DNA of 63,984 nucleotides, counting the filler, from Folioceros fuciformis (lineage: Eukaryota), in the NCBI GenBank assembly GCA_049999805.1. It is 7 parts of 7 records of this genome, joined end to end, with 100 filler letters (N's around TTAATTAATTAA, not from the genome) between each part and the next. Parts side by side here need not be neighbours in the genome. Positions count along the whole stretch, not along the records: positions 9,554 to 20,082 come from JBNGIO010004195.1; positions 20,183 to 33,933 come from JBNGIO010004196.1; 5 more parts are not named here. One strand, 5' to 3'. Shown piece by piece: positions 9,553 to 22,989 of this stretch (its first letter is position 1; every line of letters starts with the position of its first letter). Made by a program: the position numbers and the translations under genes. The notes beneath the pieces were generated by a model that was given only the letters and a program-made list of their open reading frames with translations, made no database searches and had not been told where the DNA came from.

Positions 9553-12500
9553 NGGGTTGGAGTGCAAGTCTCTTCCCCGATTCTTCTCCTTCCTCTCCTC
9601 ATAGTGCAGCGCTTGAGGGCCCTCCTTTATCTAGTGACTCTCTTCCTTCTCTTGGCTCTTCTTATTTAGCTGCTTCACCTCCTCGCCATCTCTCTCCCGG
9701 CATTCTGGGCCCTCCTCGTGGTCCTGTTTTACGTTGTTCTTCTCGTTTCACCCAAGGGGTGCCAGCCACCAAGTTTGCATACTTGGACTTTTCTCATGGC
9801 TATGGTGCTTGGGCCCATCCTCCTCAAGGGGGCGAACCAGCATCTATCTCTGAGGCTCTATCCGGGCCCAAAGCTGCTCAGTGGAAGATAGCCACTGATC
9901 AAGAATATGCTTCACTCATCTCTAATAAAACATGGACACTCACAGATCTTCCTCTAGGTAAGAATCTCATCACTTGTAAATGGGTTTACAAGAAAAAATA
10001 CCAAGTGGATAGTACTCTTGCTCGTTATAAGGCCCGGCTTGTGGCTCGTGGTTTTACTCAACAGGAGGGTATTGATTACTCTGATGAGGGTGTATTCAGC
10101 CCTATTGTCAAGTTTATCTCTTTGCGTGTGCTGCTAGGTTTGGCAGCAATCCATCGACTACATGTCTATCAAATGGATGTGCAGACTGCCTTTCTTAATG
10201 GAGTCCTCAAGGAAGAAGCCTTCATGTCTCAACCTAAAGGTTATATCACTCCTGGACAGGAAAAGAAGGTATGTAAATTGCAATGCACAATCTATGGGCT
10301 GAAACAATCGCCTCGAGCGTGGTATGATCGTTTTGATCAGTATATGACTAAGGTCGGCCGCTATAAGACTACAGCTGACACTAATGTCTATGTCCGACAC
10401 TCAGTTTTAGGGCTGGTGATCATAGCACTTTATGTCGATGATCTAATCATCTTTTCTAAGAGTCTTAAGGTTCTCAAGCATGCTAAGTCACAACTGAGCT
10501 CAGAATTCAAAATGACTAATAATGGTATTCTAGAGTATTGTCTTGGTGTGCAAGTTAAATATGATGCTGAAAATCAAACCATCACCATCCATCAAGCAAA
10601 GTATGTCGATGATGTTCTCACCACGTTCCACATGAAGAATTGCCATTCGATTGATACTCCTTTACAAGCTGGTGTGAAGTTGACCAAGGCTATGTCACCT
10701 CAAGACGATGCTGCAAGGTGTAGGGTTATTAAAGCCCAATGTGCTTAGACTAATGTGTTTAGTCTAATATTAGTGTCTAGTTAAGTATCATTAGTTTAGA
10801 TTAGCTTAAGCTAATATGTAGGAAGCTTCTTGCGCAGCTTCCTGTGCGCTTCTTGTGAAGCTTCCTAGAGAGCTCTTTTAGAGGGTATAAATACCCCTTG
10901 AGCACCCTTGCATATAGAGACCTTTTGTGAGAGTGTGACCTCTCTTTTTCCTCTCCTCCTTGCCCTCCTCCTCTCCTCTCCTTCACCATGCTAGCGTGAA
11001 CGGGATCGATAGGGTAGGAAAGATGAGTAATGAATGAATTCTTTAAAAATTTGTGAGTGTGTGAGGTCTTTATGGCCGTGTCCCATGAACCTATACGACG
11101 GTTGACGGGTAATCGTTCTTTAGGGCACGGTTCGTGCCTGTTCGTATTCTATATGTATATTTAACTAAGGACTACGCTTAGCGCCGGGAAGCGGGATATA
11201 TTAGGGCAACCTTATTTCGTTACATGCTCCTCTAGCGATCCTTCAAGTGGTATCAAAGCCTGGTTGTGGAGCTTGGATTGTGGAGCAAGGATGATAGGCT
11301 CCGGATGCTGCGGACAAGGTGCACAAGTGGGCTTCGGAGTGAGCACGCTGCTGGGTGCAAGGGTCTCAGCGCAGAGGGGGAGCCGAAAGCGAGGACCCAG
11401 ACACGAACACAGACGGCGCAAGGGCACCAACCCCGCGCGCGGGATGAGCAGGCCCCGGCCGCGGGGTGAGGACAGGCCTCCAGCCCCCCGGGCTGTGGGG
11501 CGCGGACAGACCTCCAGCCCCCCAGGCTACAGGGCTCAGCCAGAGCCTGGCTAGCCCGCGGGCCTCCCGGCCGCCGGGCCACCTCGCAGCGGGCAGGCCT
11601 TGGCTAGCGTGGGGGCGCTAATCCCCCCGGGCGCTAGGCCGCCCGGCTAGGGCTAGGGCACTGCCGGCTAGGGTTAGGGCGCCGGCGAGGCGCCACTTGG
11701 GCGCCAACAGGACGCCACCCAAGTGCCAGCGGGGCACAAGCGAGGAGCGAACCAAACGCGCCGACAAGGTGAGGACTTGACCGACGGGAGCCGAAAAGTG
11801 AACGAATCGCGGTCATCGAGAGCACAGACGCCGAGAGCAAGGGTGTGCGCGCCAAACTAACCCTGACCGTGGAAGTCAAGATCCCGATCAGACAACGAGA
11901 GACATTCCAGTTGTGAGCGACCAAGGCTCAAGTTGTGGACATCCGATTCGGAACACGTTGGCTCTGGGTTTTTTTTTTTTTTTATTACATTCCGACTGTT
12001 TTCTAACTAGCCTTTAGCTTCATTTGCATCGATTTTGAAACATGGCGTCCTCAGAAAACGTCATGTTCAATATCGAGAAGTTAGATGGTACTAACTTCCC
12101 GTTCTGGAAAGAACAAGTGTATAATGTTCTAGTATAAAAGAAGCAGATCAAGCCCATCAAGCTGCTAGGAGTGAAACCCATTAGCATGACTCAGGATGAG
12201 TGGCAGGATCTAGATGAGCTTGCTAGGTCTACCATCATGCTAACATTGTCGAAGTCGGTCTACTTTAACGTGAAAGGCAAGACCACAAGTTTTCGAGTTG
12301 TGGCAGAAGTCGTGTGACCTGTACGAGAAGCAAAGTGCAGCTTCTCAGGTGTACTGGTTGAAACAGCTGGTGGACTTGAAGATGAAGGAAGGGACGAGGA
12401 TGTTCGATCATCTGAACGAGTTCAATACCATTTTCAGCCAGCTCTCATCTTAAGTTATCTTGTTCCCAGATTCCGTGAGAGCTATGTTTCTGTTGGTCAC

Positions 12501-15500
12501 ATTACCAGAGAGCTGGGACACCTTTCGTACAACTCTGAGTAATTCCGCTCCTGCCAGTGGTCTTACCATTGTAAATATAGAAGGTAGCCTGTTAACAGAG
12601 GAGGTGAACAAGAAGAATATGGAACCTTCGAAAGGTTCCAATGCCCTCATGGTCAGAGGAAGGTCCACTTCAAAGGGGAAGTACAAGGAGCGAAGTCGTT
12701 CCCGTAGTAAGTCTCGTAGTCGTAACAATGTTGAGTGCTACCATTGTCACAAGAAGGGTCACATCAAAAGGGACTGCGAGAAGTTCAAGAAGGACAAAGG
12801 AAAGGAGAAGAAGCAGAGTGACAACAAGGCAAGTCCGAGTGTGAAGTCTAACGAGGTGAATTCTGTTGATGATGGAAATGTTCTTATCTCTTCTTCCTTC
12901 GATTCTGCACAACTGATAGCCGTGGAGAGTCACTTATTCTCTAATTGGATAATTGACTCTGGAGCATCTTTCCATGTTACTCCGCATAGGGAGTGGTTTA
13001 GCACATATGATGCTACTAGGAAAGGATGTGTTCGGCTTGGAAATAACTACGCATGTGAGATTGCAGGCGTTGGTGATGTGCAGCTGAAGTTCGACAATGG
13101 ATCTTCATTCGTACTGAAGGATGTTAGGCATGTTCCAAAGTTGACCAAAAGCATGATTAGCGCAGGGCAGTTGGATGATGCTGGCTACCACTGTTGGTTT
13201 GGAGATCGTTCTTGGAAGGGTTCTCCAAAGGTTCTCTTGTGTTAGCTCGTGGATTGAAGTGTGGCACTTTGTACTCACTTCAGGTAACCACTATTCAGGA
13301 TCATGTGATTTGTGTAACGGAACAGCCAAGTGTTTCCTTGTGGCATAGTCAGTTAGGACATATGTCTCAAAAGGGAATGAAGATCCTATCTCGTTTTGGT
13401 TACATCCCTACTTTTGACTTCTCTGATTTCTCCGTGTGTGAGCACTGTTTGTATGGGAAACAGACGAAGTTACCACATGGAGCAAGAGGTAAACACAAAA
13501 GTAAACCTCTTGAGTTGGTTCACAGTGACGTTTGTGGACCTATGCCCACTGTATCGTTAGGCGGCGCACCCTGTTTTGTCACTTTCATTGATGACTTCTC
13601 GCGCAAGGTGTGGGTTTATCCCTTGAGGAAAAAGGATGATGTTCTGATAGTGTTTCAGAAATTTGTCACACTTGTGGAGAATCAGTCTGGCCTCCGGCTG
13701 AAGTGTCTAAGGACAGACAATGGGGGAGAGTATGTCTCGAAGGCTTTCCAGTCATTCTGTGATTCCAAGGAAATCAAGAGAGAACTGACTGCGCCGTATA
13801 TTCCTCCCCAGAATGGTGTGGCCAAACGGATGAACAGAACCATCCATGAGAGGATGCGTAGTTTGTTGTCAAACTCTGGATTGCCTAACGGATTTTGGGC
13901 AGAAGCAGTGGTTACTATGGTGCATCTTATTAACAGATCTCCGAATAGAACCATGGATGATCAGGTTCCAGAGGAGATGTGGTTTGGAAAGAAGCCATCG
14001 TACAAGCATCTACGAGTGTTTGGCTGTGAGGCATACTACCATATTCTGAAGGAGTTTCGGGACAAGTTGGCACCCAAGTCCAAGAAATGTATTTTTCTTG
14101 GCTATGGTGAATCTGGTGAGATGGGATACCGTCTATGGGATCCAGAAGCCAAGAGGATGGTTTGCAGCAATGACGTGTTCTTCAATGAGACGAAGATGCA
14201 CAAGAAGCCTACTCCAACTGTGGAAGTGCGACGGGTGGTCTTTCAAGAAGATGGACTTGACTGTCCCGTGCAGGTTGAACGTCGTTCTGTGCAGGTTGAA
14301 CGTCGTTCTGTGCAGGAACAAGTTCCTCCACTTGTAGAAGAGGAGAGAGTGCAACAGCTCGGGTCGATGCGCAAGTGCTTCATAGGTCAGGAAGGATCTC
14401 ACATCCTCCTGCCAGGTATGTTGCATCTCTTGATTATGTCATGCTGATGGATTGTGGGGAGCCCTCTTGTTACCAAGAGGCCATGTCAGTGACTGACAAG
14501 GACAAGTGGGAGAAGGCAATGTAGTCGCAGATGGATTCGCTCCATAAGAACCAAACTTGGGATTTGGTTTGGTTGCCTAAGGGCAAGAAGGCGTTGCCAT
14601 GCAAATGGGTGTATAAGATGAAGGACATACTCCATTATGGCAAACCCAAGTACGAGGCACGATTGGTTGCTAAGGGTTTTAAGCAACAGCAAGGTATTGA
14701 CTTTGATGAGATTTTCTCGCCAGTTGTCAAAATAACCACCTTGCGATGTGTCCTTGGTCTGGTTGTGAGGCACGACATGGAACTTATCCACATGGATGTA
14801 AAGTTGGCATTTCTGCATGGTGATCTCCAGGACGAGGTATACATGCAGCAACCAGAGGGTTCATTGAGAAGGGCAAAGAGAGTTTGGTGTGCAAGTTAAA
14901 GAAGAGCCTTTATGGTTTGAAGCAGGCACCCAGGGAGTGGTATTTCAAATTCCACTCATTTATGCTTTCTCAAGGCTACAAACGTAGCGATGAGGATCAT
15001 TGCCTCTATACGAAGCAAGCTAAGGATGGAAGCTTGCTCATTCTGGTCCTCTATGTGGATGATATGCTAATTGCTGGGACTAACAGTAATGAGATTTTAG
15101 CGTTGAAGTCAAAGTTAATTGGTCGCTTTGACATGACAAACTTGGGAGAGGCAAGCCATATTCTTGGCATGTGTATTCATCGAGACAGACAGAAGCATTT
15201 GCTTTACTTGTCTCAAACTGAATACATTAACAAGGTGCTTCAACGTTTCAATATGGAGAAGGGGAAGGTATTGAGTACTCCGTTGCCTCCATATGTGAAA
15301 CTTTCGAGAAAAGATTGCCCAAGCTCTACGGAGGACAAAGCTGAAATGGAGAAGGTTCCATACTCATCAGCTATGGGGAGTTTGATGTATGCAATGATTG
15401 CTACGCGCCCTAACATTGCGTTTGCAGTGGGAGTGGTTAGCAGGTTTATGTCAAACCTTGGCAGGAAGCATTGGGAGGCAGTGAAAGGAGTTATGAGGTA

Positions 15501-16756
15501 CTTGAATGGTACAAAAGCTTTGTGCACATGTTTTGGTAGTGAAGATGCATCTATCGTGGGATATACGGATGCTGATTATGTAGGGGATATGGACAAAAAG
15601 TAGGTCCACATCTGGTTATGTCTTCATGTGCACTAGAAGGGCAGTCTCATGGCGATCGCGTTTGCAATCGTGCATAACGCTATCTACCACAGAGGCCGAG
15701 TATGTTGCAGCGACTGAGGCATGCAAGGAAGCCATGTGGCTTGCTCGTTTAATGGGAGATTTGGGGACCAAGGTTGAGCTGCCAATGTTGCATTATGATA
15801 GCTAGAGTGCTATCCAATTGGCGAAGAATCCAGTGTATCATGCGAAGACCAAACATGTAGAAGTGAAGTATCACTTCATTCGAGAGGTGTTGGAAGACAA
15901 GAGGGTACAACTTGTCAAAGTTCACACCAGTCAAAACCCTGCAGATGTTCTTACCAAGGGGCTCTCTTCGGAGCAATTCGCACAAGCTCGAACACTCATG
16001 GGCATGAGGTAGACCACTCTCCTATGAATGTAAATTGGCCTTTAAGGGGGAGGTTGTAGGGTTATTAAAGCCCAATGTGCTTAGTCTAAGATTAGTGTCT
16101 AGTTAAGTATCATTAGTTTAGATTAGCTTAAGCTAATATGTAGGAAGGTTCTTGCGCAGCTTCCTTTGCGCTTCTTGTGAAGCTTCCTAGGGAGCTCTTC
16201 TAGAGGGTATAAATACCCCCTTGAGCTCCCTTGCATATAGAGACCTCTTTCTCCTCTCCTCCTTGCCTCCTCCTCTCCTCTCCTTCACCATGCTGCTCTA
16301 GCGATCCTTCACAAGGGCTGCAATGAAAGCTCAACCTTATTGTCAAGTTACAAGCTCTGTTCAGCACCTTGTGCAGAACTCTCACCTCGATATTGCTTTC
16401 TCGGCTTCTCACACGTCTCAATTTATGTCTGACCCTGGTCCTACTCATTGGTCCTCTATGAAAAGGATATTAAGATATCTTCAAGCTACTCGATGCCGAG
16501 GCATCTGTTACCATGAAAAGCATTTAGATTCTAACCTTTGTGGCTGGACTAATGCAGATTGGGCCGGAGATCCTGATTCTCGAAAATCATATACGGGTTT
16601 TGTTTTTACATTGGTTGGCGGAGCTGTTAGTTGGAAGTCCAGGAAGCAAACCATAGTTGCTCTAAGTTTGACTGAATCTGAGTACATAGCTACTACCGGT
16701 GGAAGCTGTGTGGCTCTATCGACTTCTTTGTGAGCTTGGTTTTCCTCATGATAGTT
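9553..16756 (+). mobile_element. Outer Ty1/Copia RT-RNaseH relic interrupted by a nested Copia
   Basis: RT 9759-10718 (CKWVYKKK...YKARLVARGFTQQEGIDY, QMDVQTAFLNG, LYVDDL) resumes in frame after 16316 (MKAQPY...ADWAGDPDSRKSYTGF...WKSRKQ). Confidence 0.88.
10719..16311 (+). mobile_element. Full-length but frameshifted Ty1/Copia (Tnt1-like) LTR retrotransposon, family A copy 1
   Basis: 5'LTR TGTAGGG 10719-11245 (ends CCTTCA); PBS TGGTATCAAAGC 11248-11259. gag-pol 12042-16012 has CCHC CYHCHKKGHIKRDC, protease IIDSGAS, integrase HSDVCGP/RTDNGGEY, RT YVDD and RNaseH. PPT AAGGGGGAGG 16044-16053; 3'LTR 16055-16311; 5-bp TSD CAAGG (10714-10718, 16312-16316). Confidence 0.96.
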
Positions 16757-17436
16757 GTAGAGAAAAAAAACTTTCAACACTCCCATTTTGAGTGACAAAA
16801 TGAGCAGGCTGCGATTTTTTGTGTGAAGGAACGAGGGAATCGGCTAAGTATGTGAATAAGATAGGGGTATTCATACCCAAAAATGGCCTTGGTCTTTGGG
16901 TGTTTGGGATAACGAAGACCACGATCTGGAAGTGAGTGAGTAAGGGTGTCCTTGGGCCTTGGTGGTTCGGGGACACTTAGATGGTTATATNNNNNNNNNN
17001 NNNNNNNNNNNNNNNNNNNNNNNNNNNNNNNNNNNNNNNNNNNNNNNNNNNNNNNNNNNNNNNNNNNNNNNNNNNNNNNNNNNNNNNNNNAAATGAGTAG
17101 GGAAGGGGGCTAGCTAGTTGTGGATTTAGGAAAAAGGTTGGGTTGAGGTGACTGGGCGACCGTGGCCAGTGGGGCAACCGTCGCGAAAAGGGGGACTGGT
17201 GGTAGTCCAACTAGCAGTAGTGAGAGAAGAAACGGCCAGTATAAAAACCCTAAAGGGAAGTCTGGAGGGGAATTAAGTTGGTATTTGAAACGTGAAGGGC
17301 AGTAACCCGGGAGCGTGAAGGCGGCTAGAAGGGAAGCAGACGCTGAGGCAACAGGACGGGCCGAGGCAAGCAGCGAGTGCTCAGCGAGAGAGAGGAGGGA
17401 CCACAGAAGCCGAAGCACGAGGAGGAGGTTGGCAGG

Positions 17437-20060
17437 ATGAGGTCGCGCCCTAAACTGCTGCCTAGAGTGACAGTACCCGAGCAGGAGCATGAAGCATTGG
17501 AGGGTTAGAGGAGGAGGGCTGGTGGATGAATTGGGTCTGGGTTTCATGGCCTAGAAGTGGAACCATGCAGTGCCATAGTTGGTCAGGGAGTGCACCTTGA
17601 GGTTGAAAGAACTTGTCCGTGAGAAGGGGATCAGAGGTAGACCGCAAGGGTGGAACCTAGAGCTAGTGAGGAGGGTGTATGGTCGTGACCAGCGAGAAGA
17701 GGGAGGATTGGTGCTGGAGTCCCTAAGGAAACGGGGAGGTACAGGAGACGCTGTAGGACTGCTCAAACCAGGCATGAAGAAGGAGGCTAATGGATGGTTG
17801 GTTCGCGACATGGCAAGCCCGCAGCTGATGGGTCTGGCCAGGTGGTTTCTTAGTTTTCTCCATGTTCGCAAACAGGATTATCTGTCTGACCAGATGCTCC
17901 TATTTGTGCATGAGGTAGTGAAGGGGACCAGGATTGATTGGGGAAAAATTCTGTATGCCAGGATGGACGAGGAGAGGCAGAATCTGACCCTGCCATCTCC
18001 TCAGCCCTCGATGATTTCCCTGTTTCTAGTGCATATTTATAGTTATGCTAACCTGGTGTCGGAACTGGAGGTGTTGGCTTCACTGCACATGTGGAGGCCA
18101 ATCAGGGATGTAAAATGGAAGCCTGCTGAGCCAGTGAAGGCTGACTCCAGCAGTTGGGTGTCGGGGAGTGGGGACAACTCGGAGGGGGAGGTTCCCGTCA
18201 GGCCTAAGAAGAGGATAGCAACTCAGAGGAAGACCCTTTCCAAGAGGAGATGGGTCAGCGGGCAGAGCATGAGAGGAGGGAGTAGGCCAGAGACACCGGA
18301 GACAACCATGGAGCGAATCGAAGGTCAAACAGAGGAGCGGGTTGTACAGGAACAGGAGGTAGAATAGGAGGTCGATGACCAAGGAGTCACGGATCAAGGA
18401 CTGGAGGAGTAGGGGCAGGATGAAGCAGGGCTGGAGGAGTCTCAGGAGCAGACGTTAGCCACCGAGTTAATTCCTCCCAGGCATGAGAGCGAATTAGGGC
18501 ACGTTTCGGCGCAAGGAGCTTTTCAGGATGGGAGGAAATCTTCAGGAGCATTCCTCAGAAGGACAGGCTGCAGGTGGGAGACCTGGAGAAGCTGAGGGAG
18601 TTCCTGGGCAAGCAGATTACGGCGAGAGGAATGACTGTTGGAGAAACGCAAGAGGTGGATCTGCCAGGGCTGACTGCCGCAATGGTACAGGACCAAGCAG
18701 ATCTCTTAGACCAGGCTGCTAGGGCACTGACCTGGCTGAGTGTGCAGGCGGAACGGGAAGCCGAGGCCCGATGGAAGGAAGCAGAGGCATGCCGGCAGGA
18801 GGCTGAAGCCCGGAGGCTACTGGCAGAATCAGAGTCGGCGCGGCATCTGCTGGAGGAGAGACAGCAAGTCCTAGATAAGGAGAGGGCACAGGCTGAGGAA
18901 GAGGCACGCCAAGCGAAGGCCGAGGTCCAAGCGCTAAGGGAGCAACAGGGGATCCTACTAGCTCAGGTGAGGGAGGCCCATGAGACTAACCTGGAGATAC
19001 AACAGGAGATGGCCAGGGTGCAGGAGCTGGAGGTAGCAGCCGTGGAACAGGCCCAAAAGCTGGCTGACAGGTACAAGCGGGAGCGAGACGAAGCCAGAGA
19101 GAGAGTGAAGGGGAAGGGTAAGGTTGGGCGCCCGAGTCAAACGGCGACCCCGGTAGCTGAAGGGGCTACCGGTAGTCGAGCAGGGGAACCGGTAGTCAAG
19201 CGGACTACCGGTAGCCGAGTAGTCGCCAGGGCTACCGGTAGCCCAGCTGAGCCCAAAGTGGCCGAGGGACCAGCCTTGGAAACCAAGAAAGAAACAGCGA
19301 AGGCACCTGAGCTTAGGCGCTCCATGAGATTGATCTGCACCAGAAGGACAGAGCCGGAGGAAGCAACAGCTGGACAGATGAAGGACCTTCAGGTACCCCA
19401 GAAAGATGGGGAGCAAACAGCCCACGGTAGCCCAAGGGAGGAAGGGGTAAGCACCTCCTTTATGATAGAAGGTCGGGTTGTGCTGCAGTATGAGGAGGAG
19501 GCTTCCTATGTGCCAGGTCTTTATGTGGAAGGGGCCAGAGTTCTTAAACAATTTCCGTATGTACGTATGGGCACAGGAGGGACGCGGGGCTACGGCCTGC
19601 ATCTGAGGACCCGCAAGGGACTCTACCACTACAGCTGGTGGATGACAGGCCTGCTCTATTGCTACGCGGAGGCCGTCCTAGAGGAGCTGATGGAAGAAGA
19701 GGCCCAAAGATGGGTAGAACGGGAGCCTGTTGCCATCCTCAGTAACCAGAGGAGGAGGGGGAACAGTGGTTTCTTAGCGGCGAGGCCCACCTGTGCCACC
19801 GCCGAAAAGGTCTAGCAGCAGTAGTGAAGTAGAGATCCTATGGGAAGATCTGCCCGATCAACGGAGGGGTAGGAGAGCAAGAGGGGGATGTCATGCTGTT
19901 GCTGTATGGGAAACAGAGCACCTAAGACTCTATGACTGGATACTGACTAGAGCATCCTGGGCATAAGCCCTGAATGCTGAAATGACTAGATACTGACTGG
20001 AGCATCTCGGGCATAAGCCCTGATGCTGAAGTGCTTGATGATGTCATGTACATGGCCCAT
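17437..20060 (+). mobile_element. 3' portion of an LTR retrotransposon with decayed accessory (env-position) ORF, PPT and LTR start
   Basis: Broken ORF 17437-19815 has ...WNHAVP*LVREC... and FVHEVVKGTRIDWGKILY (resembles plant retroelement accessory 'Athila ORF1/plant transposon protein' motifs), then a long coiled coil. AAGAGGGGGA at 19879-19888 is followed by TGTCATG; ~50-bp tandem duplication at 19930-20030. Confidence 0.55.
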
Positions 20061-20599
20061 GGATGGCCTGCACATGACATGTNNNNNNNNNNNNNNNNNN
20101 NNNNNNNNNNNNNNNNNNNNNNNNNNTTAATTAATTAANNNNNNNNNNNNNNNNNNNNNNNNNNNNNNNNNNNNNNNNNNNNCCATATATACATGCTAAG
20201 TACATATGTACTTGCTAACTCAAAACTATCTTATTTAATCCATATGTACCTGATGGCTAAGGCGATATCAAAGCAAAAGGGATTTTGTACTTATACAAAA
20301 CTAAGTTAAACTCAAGATTCCAAATTTGACTAGCCTTGGTTAAACTTGTCACATAGCACACCAGAGCTATAGAATCAACAATACCACTCAATCATCTCTT
20401 GGTTCTTGATTCCCGACAACCTCCTCTTCAATCGCAATATTTTTTTTTTTGCCTTTCTCTCAGCAACATCATGTTGAGAGGTCTCCATTGCCTTTTTTAG
20501 TTCCACATAGACCTCCTCCTCTCTTTGCTCCATTGCCTCCACCTCCACCAATGTCAATGTCTTGGAAAAAAAAAACAATTGTCTTGTGCTTCAGGTAGC

Positions 20600-21384
20600 T
20601 GTGAGAATCAAAGATTTAGAGAAGAAATGGGCATTTTGTGGCGTAAAGATGAAGTCCACAATGGTGAGGTGGAATGTAGTAGCTGATTATTGTGTGAAGC
20701 ATGGCACCAAAGCTTCCCCTAACTAGTGCATATCCAGGTAGAAGTTGTTACGACAACAATGGAAGAAGATTTCTTACTATAGTCGATGTGGAATGCGAAG
20801 TGGTCACTAGGATTATTGGAAAATGACTTCATCATATAGGAAAGATAAAAAATTACATGCGGACTTCAACTATGAATTGTATGGAACCATTTCGGCCTAG
20901 ATAGTGGTTGTGAACTCAGCTGTTGACCCTCCGAATGATATGATTGTCAACTTCAATTTTTTACACATTCTAGGTACTTCAAGTTACTCAACGATACCTA
21001 TAGAGTTAGGCTCATGTTTTCAACTAGATGTTTCAAGTGAGCCCATGGAGGAGGTATCAAAAGCTCCAACAAAATCCCCAACAATGGACAATAGAGAGGA
21101 TTAAGCACATAAAATTAAAGAAGAAGGCTGTTGATGCCACATTGTCCACAATGACTCAATCATTTGTTCAAGCTCTCGATGATGTTGAAGACAAGAGAGC
21201 CATGTGTCATACTAAGGGCATGCAACTTAATACAAGGAAGCATGAAGAGCTGTTGAAGTGCAACAAAGGCATGGTTCACATGATAAATAACATCATGCAA
21301 GTTAACAAAGAGATTGCGCTTGGTTTTAATGCAACTTTAGGAAAAGTTGGAGACAACCTTCTCAAGCTTATTCATAAATTGTGA
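20600..21384 (+). pseudogene. Decayed Myb/SANT (trihelix-like) ORF, probably Harbinger-type DNA-binding gene relic
   Basis: Stop-interrupted reading RWNVVADYCVKHG...*CISR*KLLRQQWKKI...DYWKMTSSYRKDKKLHADFNYELY, followed by a coiled-coil tail (21028-21384). Confidence 0.55.
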
Positions 21385-22365
21385 CAACTGTTAGGATCTC
21401 CACTTGAACCAAGTGTCATGAACTTTGCCCACCAATAAAGTGACCATAGCTTGATGTAATACATGCCTACCCTTCTCTAAGGCTTCTAGTACCATTGAGC
21501 TGTTGTGGATACAAGCAGCCACATTGTGGTGAGGAGGGTGTCTTCCTCATTTGCCGCTCTTATAGTGGAAGGAGAACACAAATCACGTTTTGTAGGCAAT
21601 AAGCTTGCTTGTAGATGTGGTTGCAATACTCTGTACGGTGCACTTGGGATTATGACCACAACAGCCATCAAAGCTATGAGAATCGAGTGCTCTTGACGAT
21701 AAGCCATGATCGTGCAAACATCAAAGAACTAGTTATGACATGCACCACTAGAAGTAGTGTTTCATCTCGCTGAGTGCCCTCAAAATTCTGCACCTTTTTG
21801 CCATATGCCCAGTGTTATGTGAACATGGAAAGTGCCCTAAAACTTATTTGTCCAAATCAATTTGGGTACACATGGAAAATAACTCTAAGCTTGTTTGACC
21901 TGGTACCTAGGGGGATTTGCAAGATTTTATTTAGTGGGTATAACTAATGTAATGTGATGAGGAAAACTTGAATGTGTGTTTTGTGGACCATTTAGCTAGA
22001 AGATAAATGCTGAATTTAGTGTGTGGGAGAGAGCCAAAGGGCCTCATCTTTGGATCAGTGAACAAGAGGCATAGGGCTAAAATTAGAAGGGGTTTAATAA
22101 GCTTCTAGATTGTATATGAAGAGAAGCTTCAACCTCCAAACACGAGAGCAAGGCACACACCATGCCTTACCTTCACCCACCATGACTTTGCTAGCCATAG
22201 AGCTAGCATGGTCTAATGCTATTCCTTACATGATCCATTGCAAGTACAGTCCACAATCTCCAACTTCTCCTAGGGCTACTTCAATTCCCCATAGTAGCAG
22301 ATGGTCCCATTTAATTTGTGAGGGAAATGTTTGATGATACTTTGTGAGAACTGGAGACTCATCTC

Positions 22366-22533
22366 TTTTTTTTTTTCACGAAGAAAAAAAATCTGATTAT
22401 CTGTAGCTCAAGCTATAACCAGAGTATAGTACTTGCACGCGTAACTGCGTAAGGCGTCACTCTACACGCAAATTCCTAGACTGCAGAATTGAACAAACCA
22501 GATCTATCGTGCAAGCGAGAGATCCCTCGTCAA
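22366..22533 (-). mobile_element. 168-bp retroposed insertion (SINE or LINE 3' fragment)
   Basis: Poly(T) at 22366-22376; perfect 14-bp flanking duplication TGGAGACTCATCTC (22352-22365, 22534-22547). Confidence 0.8.
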
Positions 22534-22989
22534 TGGAGACTCATCTCCTCGGGCTTGAATGATTAGTATCAGGAATATCATTACATAGTACCTACATACG
22601 TCCATTGAGGCTTGAATGATTAGTAGTACCAGAAGCATCATTACACATGAACTACATTAAATAAGTAGTACTAGAGCATCAGGAGATTAGTACCAGGAGC
22701 ATCATTACACAGCACCTACATACTGTCGACCCTCTGTAAATGACCTCCCTAAATGTTATAACTCTATAAATGTTAGAGGTTGGGGTACTCCATAGTTGTG
22801 GAATAAGGCTAAATGTTATTTTTCTGTAAATGTTATATGTTACTTGTTTTATGAAAATATGCACTCCCAACCACTATAGTCCAATCTATAAATGATATTT
22901 TTAATTATATAGATATATAATTATATATATATTATGCTTAAAATATATATCTAACTTATCCAATCACAATGCGGGACTTGGATGGGCCC

